A DNA stretch of 64,000 bases, taken from the IMG/VR virus record IMGVR_UViG_3300046370_000598, positions 10,958 through 74,957 of that record; one strand, given 5' to 3'. The stretch comes from a virus. Below the pieces are notes generated by a model, which ran no database searches, was not told where the DNA came from, and saw only the letters and a program-made list of their open reading frames with translations. The first letter of the stretch is position 1. Each line of letters begins with the position of its first letter. Positions 19,694 to 30,178 of the stretch are shown here, piece after piece. The position numbers were made by a program, and so were the translations under genes.

Positions 19694-20692
19694 TTATCCT
19701 AATACTCGCATAACTTTTGGGTTAGTGAATGAATCTAACTTTAATCCATTAGCCACAATATTAAAGTTTGTATTTTCTTCCATCAAACTATCGCCCATTG
19801 ACATTTGTATGGGTGCGTATCCAATGGCGTAATCACTCCATCCTGATGCGACCATCTGCCTAAAAGAGGTTATAGTACCACTATTTGGAGAAAATTGATC
19901 ATACTTACCCCCAGTTATACTCCAGGATATTGACATGTCAGAAATGCTATCCCAGTCAGGTTTATATAATATTACTTTAAAATAAAATGCCCCGTTATTA
20001 TCCCATAGAGGAGAAAGAAATTCGGAGTAACCCGCAGTTTCTGATGCGCTTGAAGTAGTACTAGTTATTCCGATATTAGCCCAAACGGAAGGTTGAGCTA
20101 AAGTTATTGTATGACTTAAATTTGAAGGGTAAAATTGATTCGGAGTAGTTAATGCATTCATTGTTAAACTTACATTTCCAATATAAGGTTTCTTATATAT
20201 CATTATATTATTATCATAAACATTAGTTCCATTATACCAATGGTAATTCCACGAATCGAAACTGTAATTCGTTCCAATACCTCGATTAGTTACTAAGTTA
20301 ACATTAGAACCGGTTAAATTATAAGTTGGCCTAATAGGGGAGTTGTTTAAAATAGTTGCTTGATACTCACTTGCAAGACTATTTAGATTAATGTAGTAAC
20401 TTCCACCGTCTCTCGTTATAACCGTCGGGGCTTCGTCCCAGTCTTGCCCCCCGAAACTTTGCGTCAGATAAGGTTTTTGATTATCATAAAATTTTTGTAC
20501 AGCGTAAGTGCTCCATATACTTTTATTGCCAGCTATAGTATCTCCTGGTTGAGCATCTCCAGCGCTCCAACTATATTGATATTGCCAGCCAACTCCATGC
20601 CCATCATTTGGATCTAAATCTAATTGAACATCAGATACATAATTACCATTAAATATCACATGTTGAATATCATATCTATTTACACTAACCAT
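19694..20692 (-). CDS. Hypothetical fibre-associated protein
   Basis: 332 aa, aromatic/Asn-rich, directly downstream of the collagen fibre gene. Confidence 0.5.
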   Translation of the reverse strand: MVSVNRYDIQHVIFNGNYVSDVQLDLDPNDGHGVGWQYQYSWSAGDAQPGDTIAGNKSIWSTYAVQKFYDNQKPYLTQSFGGQDWDEAPTVITRDGGSYYINLNSLASEYQATILNNSPIRPTYNLTGSNVNLVTNRGIGTNYSFDSWNYHWYNGTNVYDNNIMIYKKPYIGNVSLTMNALTTPNQFYPSNLSHTITLAQPSVWANIGITSTTSSASETAGYSEFLSPLWDNNGAFYFKVILYKPDWDSISDMSISWSITGGKYDQFSPNSGTITSFRQMVASGWSDYAIGYAPIQMSMGDSLMEENTNFNIVANGLKLDSFTNPKVMRVLG

Positions 20693-20693
20693 A

Positions 20694-21953
20694 TTAAATA
20701 GAATTTATGTAAAGTATGTTTCCACTTAATGTAACAGTTACTCCTGGAGTTCCATTATTTCCCTTGGGTCCTTGAGGTCCTTGAGGTCCAGTCGCCCCTG
20801 TAGCTCCTGTGCCTGCAGGGCCCTGAGGTCCAGTCGCCCCCGTATTACCAGTATTACCTTTTGGCCCTTGAGGTCCAGTCGCCCCTGTATTACCAGTATT
20901 ACCTTTTGGCCCTTGAGGTCCTTGAGGTCCTTGAGGTCCTTGAGGTCCAGTTGCTCCAGTTGCTCCAGCATCCCCTTTTGCTCCGTTAGACCCAATAATA
21001 CCATCATTACCTTTGTCTACCATTAATTCCCAGCCAATTCCTGAGTCTGTGGGGTAAGCTCCAATTATTGGATCTGCATTTATATTCTGAGTAGAAATGT
21101 AAACCCTACCTTGATATTTAACCATCTCTCCGGAAGAATAGTTTTGATTAATGTCCCAATCACCTTTCCAGTTATCAGATAACGATCTACCTCCTCCGCC
21201 AATCTCATTCCATTCGCTTCCAGGGTCTGTAGGGTAATGACCCATAACTGGATCAGGATTTATATGACTAGCAGCTATATAAGTTTTTCCTGCGTGCTTA
21301 ACTATATCTCCTGGCTCGTAATTTGAATAAACATCTAAATCTGACTTCCAACTACCGGAAGATCCCCCTAAAGAATCCCAACCCATACCAGGAGATGTGG
21401 GATAGGCAGGCATTGTGGGGTCACCTAAAACATTTCTATTGGCGATATAATTTTTTTCTTGATATCTTACTATTTCTCCAGGCGTATAATTTTGATTAAC
21501 ATCCCAATCGCCCTTCCAAGTACCAGAGCTTGCTCCTCCACCAAGTTCACGCCAATTACTTCCAGGGTCTGTAGGGTAATGACCCATAACTGGGTCGGAA
21601 TTTATACTATCAGAAGCGATATAAGTTTTGCCCGAGTGTTCAACTATATCCCCTGAATTATAATTAGCGTAAACATCTAAATTACCTTTCCAACCACCAG
21701 AGCTTGCTCCGCCACCAAGTTCATCCCAATTACTTCCAGGATCTGTAGGGTAATGACCCACAGCTGGATCAGAGTTTATATTATCAGAGGCTATATAAGT
21801 TTTACCTGCGTACTTAACTATATCACCTTTAGTGTAATTAGAGTAAACATCTAAGTCTCCTTTCCAGCCGGCAGTTTCTTCTTTTATAGCTGCCGCTTTT
21901 CCGTTAACACTTAAGTTTTTAAAATCCGCGTTTTCTACTGAGAATGGTTTCAT
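20694..21953 (-). CDS. Collagen-like fibre protein with five CBM5/12 (ChtBD3)-like repeats
   Basis: 5 x WKGD...Y..GDIV.Y.GK.YIA...PTDPGS.W, followed by a Gly-X-Y tract ([10 protein letters not shown]). Confidence 0.8.
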   Translation of the reverse strand: MKPFSVENADFKNLSVNGKAAAIKEETAGWKGDLDVYSNYTKGDIVKYAGKTYIASDNINSDPAVGHYPTDPGSNWDELGGGASSGGWKGNLDVYANYNSGDIVEHSGKTYIASDSINSDPVMGHYPTDPGSNWRELGGGASSGTWKGDWDVNQNYTPGEIVRYQEKNYIANRNVLGDPTMPAYPTSPGMGWDSLGGSSGSWKSDLDVYSNYEPGDIVKHAGKTYIAASHINPDPVMGHYPTDPGSEWNEIGGGGRSLSDNWKGDWDINQNYSSGEMVKYQGRVYISTQNINADPIIGAYPTDSGIGWELMVDKGNDGIIGSNGAKGDAGATGATGPQGPQGPQGPQGPKGNTGNTGATGPQGPKGNTGNTGATGPQGPAGTGATGATGPQGPQGPKGNNGTPGVTVTLSGNILYINSI

Positions 21954-21958
21954 TTTTA

Positions 21959-23752
21959 TTATGATTTAAGTTGTTCGATTTCTTTTTTGAGATCTTCGAT
22001 CATTGTTTGTTGTTCTTTTGTTGCATTAACAAGAGCTGCGATTATAGTTTGAGAATTCAATCCCCATTTGTAATCATCTTCGTCCTTTTCGTTCTTGAAA
22101 GCTTCGCGAGGCGCAGCTTCGGGCATGATTGGGTGAACATCTTGGGCAAAAAATCCAATAGTTGGCTGTTGATCCTCTGGACCCTCTTTCCATGTGTATT
22201 TTTTGGGCTGCACTTGCATTATCTCACTTAATCCATATTCACAATCACCAAGGTCATTTTTTAATCTTTTGTCGGAGCTTGTGGTTAATTGCTTTGAAGA
22301 ATTAGTAACAACATCTGAACTTGCAGCTAAACTACTTAAATATACTGCGCCTTCTCCGTTTACTTCCATTAAAGCAGTTCCATTTGTATGAGTGCTATTA
22401 TTAGACCTAATAGTAAAAACCTTAATACTAGAGTTATTATTTATGCAAGATACTGTAACACCCTGATTTCCGCTTGTTGTATTATTAGAATTATGAAGCC
22501 AAGCAACAGGAACACCGGGAGTTGATGATTTAATGACATTTAATGCATTAGTAGGATTCGTAGTACCAATACCTACGTTGCCGCTGGAGTCGATGCGCAT
22601 ACGCTCATTAAATGAGGCAGTTCCACCAGAACCAAACATTGTGTGAAATTGAATATTACCATCGCGATTATCAACGGAACTAAAATCTGAATCTTTACCG
22701 AATCTTATTTTTGCAACTGCATTATCACCTCCGCCAGAATTTCTTACCCGAGCTTGGATAGATACAGATTGATTAGTCTCACCAACTCCATAATCATAAT
22801 TACTTAAAACTAAAGCTAGAGATTCACCATTCGCAACTGAGTTGTCAAAAATATGTAAATTACCATCAGGATTCGGAGTACCAATACCTACGTTGCCGCT
22901 ACCAGTCCCACTGTTAAAGATAAATTTATCTCTTGAATTAAGTGTGAGTGTATCATTTGAATGCTTGTAGATAATAGATCCAGCTCCATTATCATCTGCG
23001 TCTCCAAATCTCAATTGAGTTTGACCTGCAGATAAAAACTGAATTCCAGTATTTGAAGAATCTTCTATAGTTACACTAGTATTGCTGTTTGTTGAACCAC
23101 CTGTTAATACTCCCTGTTGAATATGTAATTTATTAGAAGGATTCGTAGTACCAATACCTACGTTGCCAGATGTGTCTATGCTAAGCCTAGTATCCACACC
23201 TTCTCTAATTGTAAAAGCGCTATTTGAAACAATTTCCCAAGTATTAGTTGCGTCACTCAGGGCAAGTGAACAATGGTCAGCATCATATATGTGTAAACAT
23301 TTATTAACTGAGTTTGGAGATGTAGGATTCGTAGTACCAATACCTACGTTGCCGTCGGAGGCAATACGCATTCTCTCCAACGAAGAGCCTGTATTCCTAT
23401 CTATAAAACGAAATGTACCACCGCTAAACCAGAACTGGTCACCTCGCATTTGGATACCCCCATTAACATCAAGCGATAAATCCGGACTCGTAGTACCAAT
23501 ACCTACATTACCTGCGGAAGAAATAAATAAATCTGGATTAGTAATCCCTATCGCTCCTGAAGTACTAACCCCAAAACCTCCACCTGAATGACCAAAATAA
23601 ACATTTCCATCATTAGCTCCAGAACCTGATCTTTGCAATCTTATCGAATCATTACTGCTTTGCTTTAAATGAAGTAATCCATCACTAGGATTTTCTTCGC
23701 CGATTCCGACGTTTTCTGTAAAAATTGCTTTTTTTGCTTTTAGTTTTTTCAT
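21959..23752 (-). CDS. Tail fibre with [10 protein letters not shown] modules and S74 chaperone
   Basis: Repeated GNVGIGT; SSDKRLK; GFFAQDV. Confidence 0.85.
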   Translation of the reverse strand: MKKLKAKKAIFTENVGIGEENPSDGLLHLKQSSNDSIRLQRSGSGANDGNVYFGHSGGGFGVSTSGAIGITNPDLFISSAGNVGIGTTSPDLSLDVNGGIQMRGDQFWFSGGTFRFIDRNTGSSLERMRIASDGNVGIGTTNPTSPNSVNKCLHIYDADHCSLALSDATNTWEIVSNSAFTIREGVDTRLSIDTSGNVGIGTTNPSNKLHIQQGVLTGGSTNSNTSVTIEDSSNTGIQFLSAGQTQLRFGDADDNGAGSIIYKHSNDTLTLNSRDKFIFNSGTGSGNVGIGTPNPDGNLHIFDNSVANGESLALVLSNYDYGVGETNQSVSIQARVRNSGGGDNAVAKIRFGKDSDFSSVDNRDGNIQFHTMFGSGGTASFNERMRIDSSGNVGIGTTNPTNALNVIKSSTPGVPVAWLHNSNNTTSGNQGVTVSCINNNSSIKVFTIRSNNSTHTNGTALMEVNGEGAVYLSSLAASSDVVTNSSKQLTTSSDKRLKNDLGDCEYGLSEIMQVQPKKYTWKEGPEDQQPTIGFFAQDVHPIMPEAAPREAFKNEKDEDDYKWGLNSQTIIAALVNATKEQQTMIEDLKKEIEQLKS

Positions 23753-26700
23753 ATTATTTATTTTCTAAAGTTTCGATTCGAGCTTTAAGATCTTCGATTA
23801 TTGTTTGTTGTTCTTGGATTGCTTTGGTTAAAAGAGGTACAAGTTTACTTTGGTCTATACCTTGATAGTCAGGCACTTGCCTTGTTCCCATTTCAGCTTC
23901 AGTAATAACATTACCATCATTATCTAATTCTGCTGGCGCAATTTCGTACTCTTCTTCTCTAACAGCATCCTTTTCTCCGGAAATAGCTTCTGGCACAACT
24001 TCTTGAACTTCATGAGCCAAGAATCCATCAACAATTTTTTCTGGATCTGTTATAAAATTAAACCTACAAGGTTTAAGCTTATTAACTCTTTCTATTGCAT
24101 TATCAACTTCGACAACATTTTCTTTTAATCTGTAGTCTGAGCTAGTATTGTATGATGTAGTAGTACCACCTGCCTCTATAGTGCCGACAATACCGTTAGC
24201 GTTATAAAAAGCTAAATGTGTTCTCTCTGCAGTCCCAGGTCTTACAGTTTTAATACACGAATCCGAGGTACTCTCTGTTTGCCACACATCTAACCGACTC
24301 GCAGTAGGATTCGTAGTGCCAATACCTACGTTGCCGTTATCAATGATCGACATGTGACGTCTCCAACTCCGAACATTACCAGAAGATGTGGAACCTGATC
24401 TTTCTATATGAAGATCACCATTTCCAAAATTGATACGTGAGGCACCCACCGGTGCTGTCGCTTTACCTTGTTCATCATAATGCGTCCCGACGATTTGTCC
24501 TTGCAGTATGAGATTGCCATGACTATTACGCGGATCTTTGCCCAACATGATCGCTGGTGAATACGATGCAGCATTGGGTCTGGTTATGTCTAGAGCAGTT
24601 TGAGGATTCGTAGTACCAATACCTACGTTGCCGCTTGCTTCGATACGCATTTTTTCAACGGGCTCCGTAGTACCAACTGCTCCTGTTGAAAACGATAAGC
24701 TACCATCATCCCGAAAGGTTATATCGGATATCCCTGCTGTATTATCATCAGTCTGATATGCAGGGACATCTCTATTGTAATTATTAGCTAAACTTATGGA
24801 CGTACTATCTCCTGAACCCATCCTTGCAATTCTAAAATAACTTTCAACATTATTGTTGTGTGCTATTGCTACAAAAGATCTTGTATTAGAATGACCTCCA
24901 TAACCTGTTGTAACTAATTTTCCTTGACTAGGATTCGTAGTACCAATACCCAAGTTACCGCTGGAGTCGATGCGCATTCTCTCATTCAAGTTTGAATAAA
25001 AGCTCATATTATTACTTGCCACATTGTAACGTATTTGCCCAGCAGCATTTGCACTGCCAGTTTCACTATCAGTTCCAAAAAACAATCGACAGTCACCTGT
25101 ATCGTTAGAGAGTTGTAAAATTGGACCAACGCCGCTTGTTGCACTATGCATATGTAGACTGCCAATAGGATTCGTAGTACCAATACCTACATTGCCGGTG
25201 GAGTGGATGCGCATTTTTTCATCACTAGCGTCCTGACCATCAATTTTGAACGAAATTATGCTTGTTGCACCATTACCATTATAGTCAGAGACTAACTCTA
25301 AACTATTCTCAGACATAAATCTTCTATTAGAAATTATCTGACCATTCACCTCTAACTCAGCACTAGGATTCGTAGTACCAATACCAACATTACCTGTGAA
25401 GAACCCGTTTTCTGTTCTGAAATCTTTCATACTATTTGTTTTCTAAAGTTTGCGTGCGATCAATCAGATCATCGATTATGGATTGTTGTGATTCGTTTTG
25501 AGATTTCAAGTCTTCGATCATTGTTTGTTGTTCTTGGATTGCTTTGGTGAGAACAGGAATCAAAGCTCCCATGCGAATACTTTTTCTATTCACGACTTCA
25601 CCATCATCAGAGGAGATATTGTGATCACTTACTAGACCCGGAAAAACTTCTTCCAGTTCTTGAGCTATAAAACCAATTTTCTTTTCTCCAACCTTTTCGG
25701 GGTGAAATTCAGAAATCCATTCAAAATTACGAACTTTTAGTCTTTTAATATCTTCCAGTTTGGAAGTTGCGTCTTGAATATTAGTCTTTAAACGTTCATC
25801 TGAAGACAGAAAGCCTGAATCACTTGTCCACACGTCACCGTCACTATAAACTCGCATGCGTGTAGCTGTGGCATCAGTGCATCTAATAAAATCCATATGT
25901 GTTTGGTCAGGAGATGAATTTAGATATCTAATATGTAATCCATGTGGACCTGTAGCTCCTGTAGTCCCACTTGAAGTATTTGTTATTTCAGCCGCAAAAT
26001 TACCGTCACGGTCATCCGATACGTGCAATTTATAAGCAGGATTCGTAGTACCAATACCTACGTTGCCGCTCGACTTAATACGCATCCTTTCAGCGGGCGT
26101 AGAAAGATTACTACCTGTGTAAAATAACAAATGATGAGAACCATCCTCAGTATGATCCTCTCTAAATCCACCGATAGATGCCTTCCCATGTGCAAATAAT
26201 ATTCTTGTTCCCTGATAATTAGTTGGAATATATCGACTGAGGTATAATGAGTCAACCCAATCAGGGTTAGCAGCTGTTCCCGCGGCGGCTGTAGAACTAT
26301 CATACAGATGTAATTGACGAGAAGGATTCGTAGTACCAATACCTACGTTGCCGCTGGAGTTGATACGCATTCTTTCAAGCTCATCTGTTCCATCATCAGA
26401 TATGAAGTGAAATGAGCTATGGTTGTTACTTGCGGATAAAAATGCCATGGATGAACCGCCGCCCGAAATCTGACTATACTGAGTACTCGGAGCTAGGTCA
26501 CGGGATATTCTAAACTGAGAGCCCGCTGGCCCATTCACTTCTAAGGCTACACCAGGATTCGTAGTACCAATACCTACGTTGCCGTTTGAACGTATCGTTA
26601 ATCTAGCATCTGTACCGTCGCTAATTCTAAGGGATGCAAGAGAACCTTCGCTACTAGTAAAAATTTCGTAAGGGCCATTACTGTAACCGCTTCCCATACC

Positions 26701-27615
26701 GAGAGTAATTCCACTAGTCTCCATTCCGGTTCCGCCACCAACGACCAATACAGAGTCTCTATTGTGTACGGAAACAGGATTCGTAGTACCAATACCTACG
26801 TTGCCGCTGGAGTCGATAGTCATATGGGGCGAATCTACTTCGTATCCAGATCTGCCAGCAGCAAAATGTAAATCTTGGCTACCGTTAGTGGATGAGGCTT
26901 TACCCCATATACCTACGAAATGATCTTCTACCCCATCTGCGTCAGAATTGGCGATTAGTAACGAACCGCAAATATCACCTACATTCACAGATGAACCGCT
27001 TCTATGTGCAACTATATCACCACCTGTTGCGGAAGAAACGACAAGTGCTGTTCCAAGTTGCAAACCTGTTAAACCAGGATTCGTAGTACCAATACCTACG
27101 TTGCCGCCATTGATACCAAACTTACCTGCATTTATAGATAACGTTATTGCATTATCACTCGCGTCTGTTAATTTAATTGCGTTATTTAATGTAGTATTAC
27201 TACCGTTTAAAGTTAAACCGACTTGTGATGCCGCGACATAATCCACTTGCAACTTCGCACTAGGATTCGTAGTACCAATACCTACGTTGCCTGCCACGAT
27301 AGACATGTCTTCATTAAATGATGTATTATTTCTAGTAAAAAAGCCTATTCTTCCTTTGCTATTCAAGGCATCATGCGTAACGCCTCTTATAGATGAAAAA
27401 GTTTTAGCCAAAGGATCTGCACCATCTGCATCATTGCCGATAAAATTAATAATACCATGAGCATCTTCATCTGCAGGGGTAGAGGAATCTTGTATCAACG
27501 CAATCTCTGCGCCACCTGCACCATCCCTGGTTGATTTTAGCCTGAGTAAATCATTATCACCTTCAATATGTAATTTCGCAAGTGTTGGATTCGTAGTACC
27601 AATACCTACGTTGCC
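22554..27615 (-). repeat. 17 dispersed direct copies of a 29-bp repeat GGCAACGTAGGTATTGGTACTACGAATCC
   Basis: + strand starts at 22554, 22869, 23139, 23325, 23484, 24307, 24604, 24931, 25168, 25366, 26039, 26324, 26555, 26777, 27077, 27263, 27587. 11 identical, 3 with 1 mismatch, 3 with 3 mismatches. Confidence 0.95.
23754..25430 (-). CDS. Tail fibre with [10 protein letters not shown] modules and S74 chaperone
   Basis: TSSDYRLKENV, GFLAHEVQ, QGIDQSKLVPLL. Confidence 0.88.
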   Translation of the reverse strand: MKDFRTENGFFTGNVGIGTTNPSAELEVNGQIISNRRFMSENSLELVSDYNGNGATSIISFKIDGQDASDEKMRIHSTGNVGIGTTNPIGSLHMHSATSGVGPILQLSNDTGDCRLFFGTDSETGSANAAGQIRYNVASNNMSFYSNLNERMRIDSSGNLGIGTTNPSQGKLVTTGYGGHSNTRSFVAIAHNNNVESYFRIARMGSGDSTSISLANNYNRDVPAYQTDDNTAGISDITFRDDGSLSFSTGAVGTTEPVEKMRIEASGNVGIGTTNPQTALDITRPNAASYSPAIMLGKDPRNSHGNLILQGQIVGTHYDEQGKATAPVGASRINFGNGDLHIERSGSTSSGNVRSWRRHMSIIDNGNVGIGTTNPTASRLDVWQTESTSDSCIKTVRPGTAERTHLAFYNANGIVGTIEAGGTTTSYNTSSDYRLKENVVEVDNAIERVNKLKPCRFNFITDPEKIVDGFLAHEVQEVVPEAISGEKDAVREEEYEIAPAELDNDGNVITEAEMGTRQVPDYQGIDQSKLVPLLTKAIQEQQTIIEDLKARIETLENK

Positions 27616-30138
27616 CGAATTATAACTCAAGTTATTAGACCCATCTTGATCCCAGTAAGAAGAGGAAGATGAAGAGGTTTCTCCGCCAAAAACTGTATGA
27701 ATAGTATAATTTGAATTTGGTATATTATCTAAAAATACAGCGTGATAACCTGTAGCGCTGACTCCGGAAACAGCATAGGGAATTATATCTCCATCCCCAT
27801 CAATTTCTAGAGTTGTTGCTACTTTTGGCGTTTGAGAAAACGGTCCAAAAGCAATTGGGTGAGTTAAAGACCCTGAAGGAATATTAGTTTCAAAAGAAGC
27901 TGGAGCTTCGCCTGTTGAACTTCCTCCACCTCCCACAAAATTAGAAGCTTCTAAAGTTCCACTGATGACAACATCACCTAATACATTAAGATTATTTTCG
28001 ATACCCACATCCCCTAAATCGTAACTTATATTGTTTGTAGGATCTTGAGTCCAATGAGAGGTATGTCCACCAAAAACTGTATGCAATATATAATCAGAAG
28101 TTGGAATCGCTGTAGAAAATACAGCATGATAACCTGTGGTACTTACTCCGGAAACAGTATAAGGAATTATATCTCCATCTCCATCAATTTCTAAAGTAGT
28201 TGCGATTTTTGGTGTTTCTGAAAATGGTCCAAAAGTAATTGGATAACTTGAAGATCCTAGGGGAATATTAGTTTCAAAAGACGGTGGAACTTGACCTGTA
28301 GAACTTCCTCCGCCTCCTACAAAATTAGAAGCCTCTAAACTTCCGCTAATAACAACATTTCGACCGATAATTACATCTCCATCATTATAAAAAATATCTC
28401 CAGCATTACCAGTATCCCATAATACATCTTTTCCTCCAAAAACAGTATGTATTTTATAATTGTTATTAGGAATTGTTTGAGCAAAAATTAAACTATAACC
28501 GCTTGTAGTTACGCCAGATATACTATATGGAATAATAGATCCATCACCATCAATTTCTAAGTCTGTAGCGATTTTAGGTGGAGAGCTATAAATATCTGCA
28601 AAATTGATTATTTGTACAGATTCTCCAGAAACTAAACTGTTAATCATAGCTTCTGGAGCATTGACTGTTGATTGTTGGGAGCCGGGATTAGTTCCTGCGA
28701 TCCATTTATTGCCGTCCCATTTTATAATATCATTAATCGATACTGGTTGGGAACCTCCAATAGATCCATTTTGATCAAAAGAAAAAGTTGATCCTATATT
28801 TAAAGAAGAGCTAATATTAACGGTTCCATCAACATCTAATGCGGAGCTTGGATTACTTTTATTGATTCCAACATTTCCTTGGTTATAATAAATTTCTCCA
28901 GCTTCAGAACCTTCTTGCCATTTGCCTAGATTATTTGAAGAAATTCCAGTTAAAACAGAATTTCCGCTAACAAATAAACCTTGACTAAAATTACCTATGC
29001 CATCTACGTCTAAAGCTGAGTTTGGATTACTTTTATTGACCCCGACATTTCCTTGATCATAATAAATTTCTCCAGCTTCAGAACCTTCTTGCCATTGGTC
29101 TGAACCATTAACAACTCCAGTTAAAACAGAATTTCCACTAACAAATAGGCCTTGACTAAAATTACCACTTCCAAATACATCAAAATCATACCCTGGGTTA
29201 TCAGTATTAATTCCAACTTTACCAGAATTATAGTATATTTCTTCGTAAGCATAAATGGTAATTGTTCCAGTCATATTTGATGGGTGACTGGTGCAATAAT
29301 ATGTATAAATTCCAGCGGATACAGGAGAAAAAGTTGTTACTCCAGAACTCTCAACAGCAACATCATTTCCATTAGAGTCTTTTATTGCTAATGTATGACC
29401 TCCACCAACATTATTAAAAATTAAAGTTTCACCCGTAAAAGCAATTAAATTCGGATCTTTGCCAGTTTGATCTCCAGAAAAATTGTAATCTAGGCCATCC
29501 CCAGATATATCAAAATTATAAACCTTATCAGAAGTCCCTGAACCAGAATTCCATTTACCTAAATTACTAGATGCAGAAGTTATAACTTCTGAACCTCCAA
29601 CATATAAACTGTTAAAATTACCACTACCATTGACGTCTAAATCGTATCCAGGGGAACTTTGATGAACTCCAATTTTCCCAGCTTTTATAGTTAAGCCATT
29701 ATCCGAATCGTCAAATAAACTTAATCCATCTGAATCTAAAGCAGTGATTTTGTCTGTAGAAATTTTCTTTCCATTTGCAGTGTAAAAGTTTTCGCTGGAA
29801 GTCCAAGCTTGAGTGCTATTAATCCAATTTATACTTTTATTGGTTAATCCATGTAAAGTAATTCCCCCGCCATTAGCTTCTAAATCTGTAGTTGAACCTA
29901 CACCAAGTTCAATATTTTTATCATCAACCTGTATAGTAGTACTATTAACTGTAGTGAAATTACCCTTAACAGTCAAATCTCCATCTATTTGGGTATCACC
30001 CGTAACATGCAAATAAGATTCGGGTAAAGTTGTACCTACTCCAAACTTACCGCCGCTTATACCTATAACAATTTCATTTTCAGTTTCAACGAAAGAATTA
30101 TCACCACTTTTAATTAAATATACTTGATTTTGGTCCAT
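25432..30138 (-). CDS. Long tail fibre: cupredoxin-like domain, 3 lectin-like repeats, 7 [10 protein letters not shown] modules, S74 chaperone
   Basis: H...YYCTSHPSNM; 3 x PKIATxLEIDGDG..IPY.VSGV; SSDERLK; GFIAQELE. Confidence 0.85.
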   Translation of the reverse strand: MDQNQVYLIKSGDNSFVETENEIVIGISGGKFGVGTTLPESYLHVTGDTQIDGDLTVKGNFTTVNSTTIQVDDKNIELGVGSTTDLEANGGGITLHGLTNKSINWINSTQAWTSSENFYTANGKKISTDKITALDSDGLSLFDDSDNGLTIKAGKIGVHQSSPGYDLDVNGSGNFNSLYVGGSEVITSASSNLGKWNSGSGTSDKVYNFDISGDGLDYNFSGDQTGKDPNLIAFTGETLIFNNVGGGHTLAIKDSNGNDVAVESSGVTTFSPVSAGIYTYYCTSHPSNMTGTITIYAYEEIYYNSGKVGINTDNPGYDFDVFGSGNFSQGLFVSGNSVLTGVVNGSDQWQEGSEAGEIYYDQGNVGVNKSNPNSALDVDGIGNFSQGLFVSGNSVLTGISSNNLGKWQEGSEAGEIYYNQGNVGINKSNPSSALDVDGTVNISSSLNIGSTFSFDQNGSIGGSQPVSINDIIKWDGNKWIAGTNPGSQQSTVNAPEAMINSLVSGESVQIINFADIYSSPPKIATDLEIDGDGSIIPYSISGVTTSGYSLIFAQTIPNNNYKIHTVFGGKDVLWDTGNAGDIFYNDGDVIIGRNVVISGSLEASNFVGGGGSSTGQVPPSFETNIPLGSSSYPITFGPFSETPKIATTLEIDGDGDIIPYTVSGVSTTGYHAVFSTAIPTSDYILHTVFGGHTSHWTQDPTNNISYDLGDVGIENNLNVLGDVVISGTLEASNFVGGGGSSTGEAPASFETNIPSGSLTHPIAFGPFSQTPKVATTLEIDGDGDIIPYAVSGVSATGYHAVFLDNIPNSNYTIHTVFGGETSSSSSSYWDQDGSNNLSYNSGNVGIGTTNPTLAKLHIEGDNDLLRLKSTRDGAGGAEIALIQDSSTPADEDAHGIINFIGNDADGADPLAKTFSSIRGVTHDALNSKGRIGFFTRNNTSFNEDMSIVAGNVGIGTTNPSAKLQVDYVAASQVGLTLNGSNTTLNNAIKLTDASDNAITLSINAGKFGINGGNVGIGTTNPGLTGLQLGTALVVSSATGGDIVAHRSGSSVNVGDICGSLLIANSDADGVEDHFVGIWGKASSTNGSQDLHFAAGRSGYEVDSPHMTIDSSGNVGIGTTNPVSVHNRDSVLVVGGGTGMETSGITLGMGSGYSNGPYEIFTSSEGSLASLRISDGTDARLTIRSNGNVGIGTTNPGVALEVNGPAGSQFRISRDLAPSTQYSQISGGGSSMAFLSASNNHSSFHFISDDGTDELERMRINSSGNVGIGTTNPSRQLHLYDSSTAAAGTAANPDWVDSLYLSRYIPTNYQGTRILFAHGKASIGGFREDHTEDGSHHLLFYTGSNLSTPAERMRIKSSGNVGIGTTNPAYKLHVSDDRDGNFAAEITNTSSGTTGATGPHGLHIRYLNSSPDQTHMDFIRCTDATATRMRVYSDGDVWTSDSGFLSSDERLKTNIQDATSKLEDIKRLKVRNFEWISEFHPEKVGEKKIGFIAQELEEVFPGLVSDHNISSDDGEVVNRKSIRMGALIPVLTKAIQEQQTMIEDLKSQNESQQSIIDDLIDRTQTLENK

Positions 30139-30178
30139 TTTATTATTTATAATTTATATTTTATACACCCCTCGTTAC

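Noticed and set aside
20738-21026. Alternative-frame ORFs over the collagen tract
   Set aside because: Frame shadows of Gly-X-Y repeats
22554-27615. CRISPR array interpretation of the 29-bp palindromic repeat
   Set aside because: Intervening segments are 130-300 bp, in frame and protein-coding; no cas operon or leader
21959-30138. Diversity-generating retroelement or invertase shufflon
   Set aside because: No reverse transcriptase, no adenine-specific TR/VR pair, no invertase seen; all repeats are direct, not inverted
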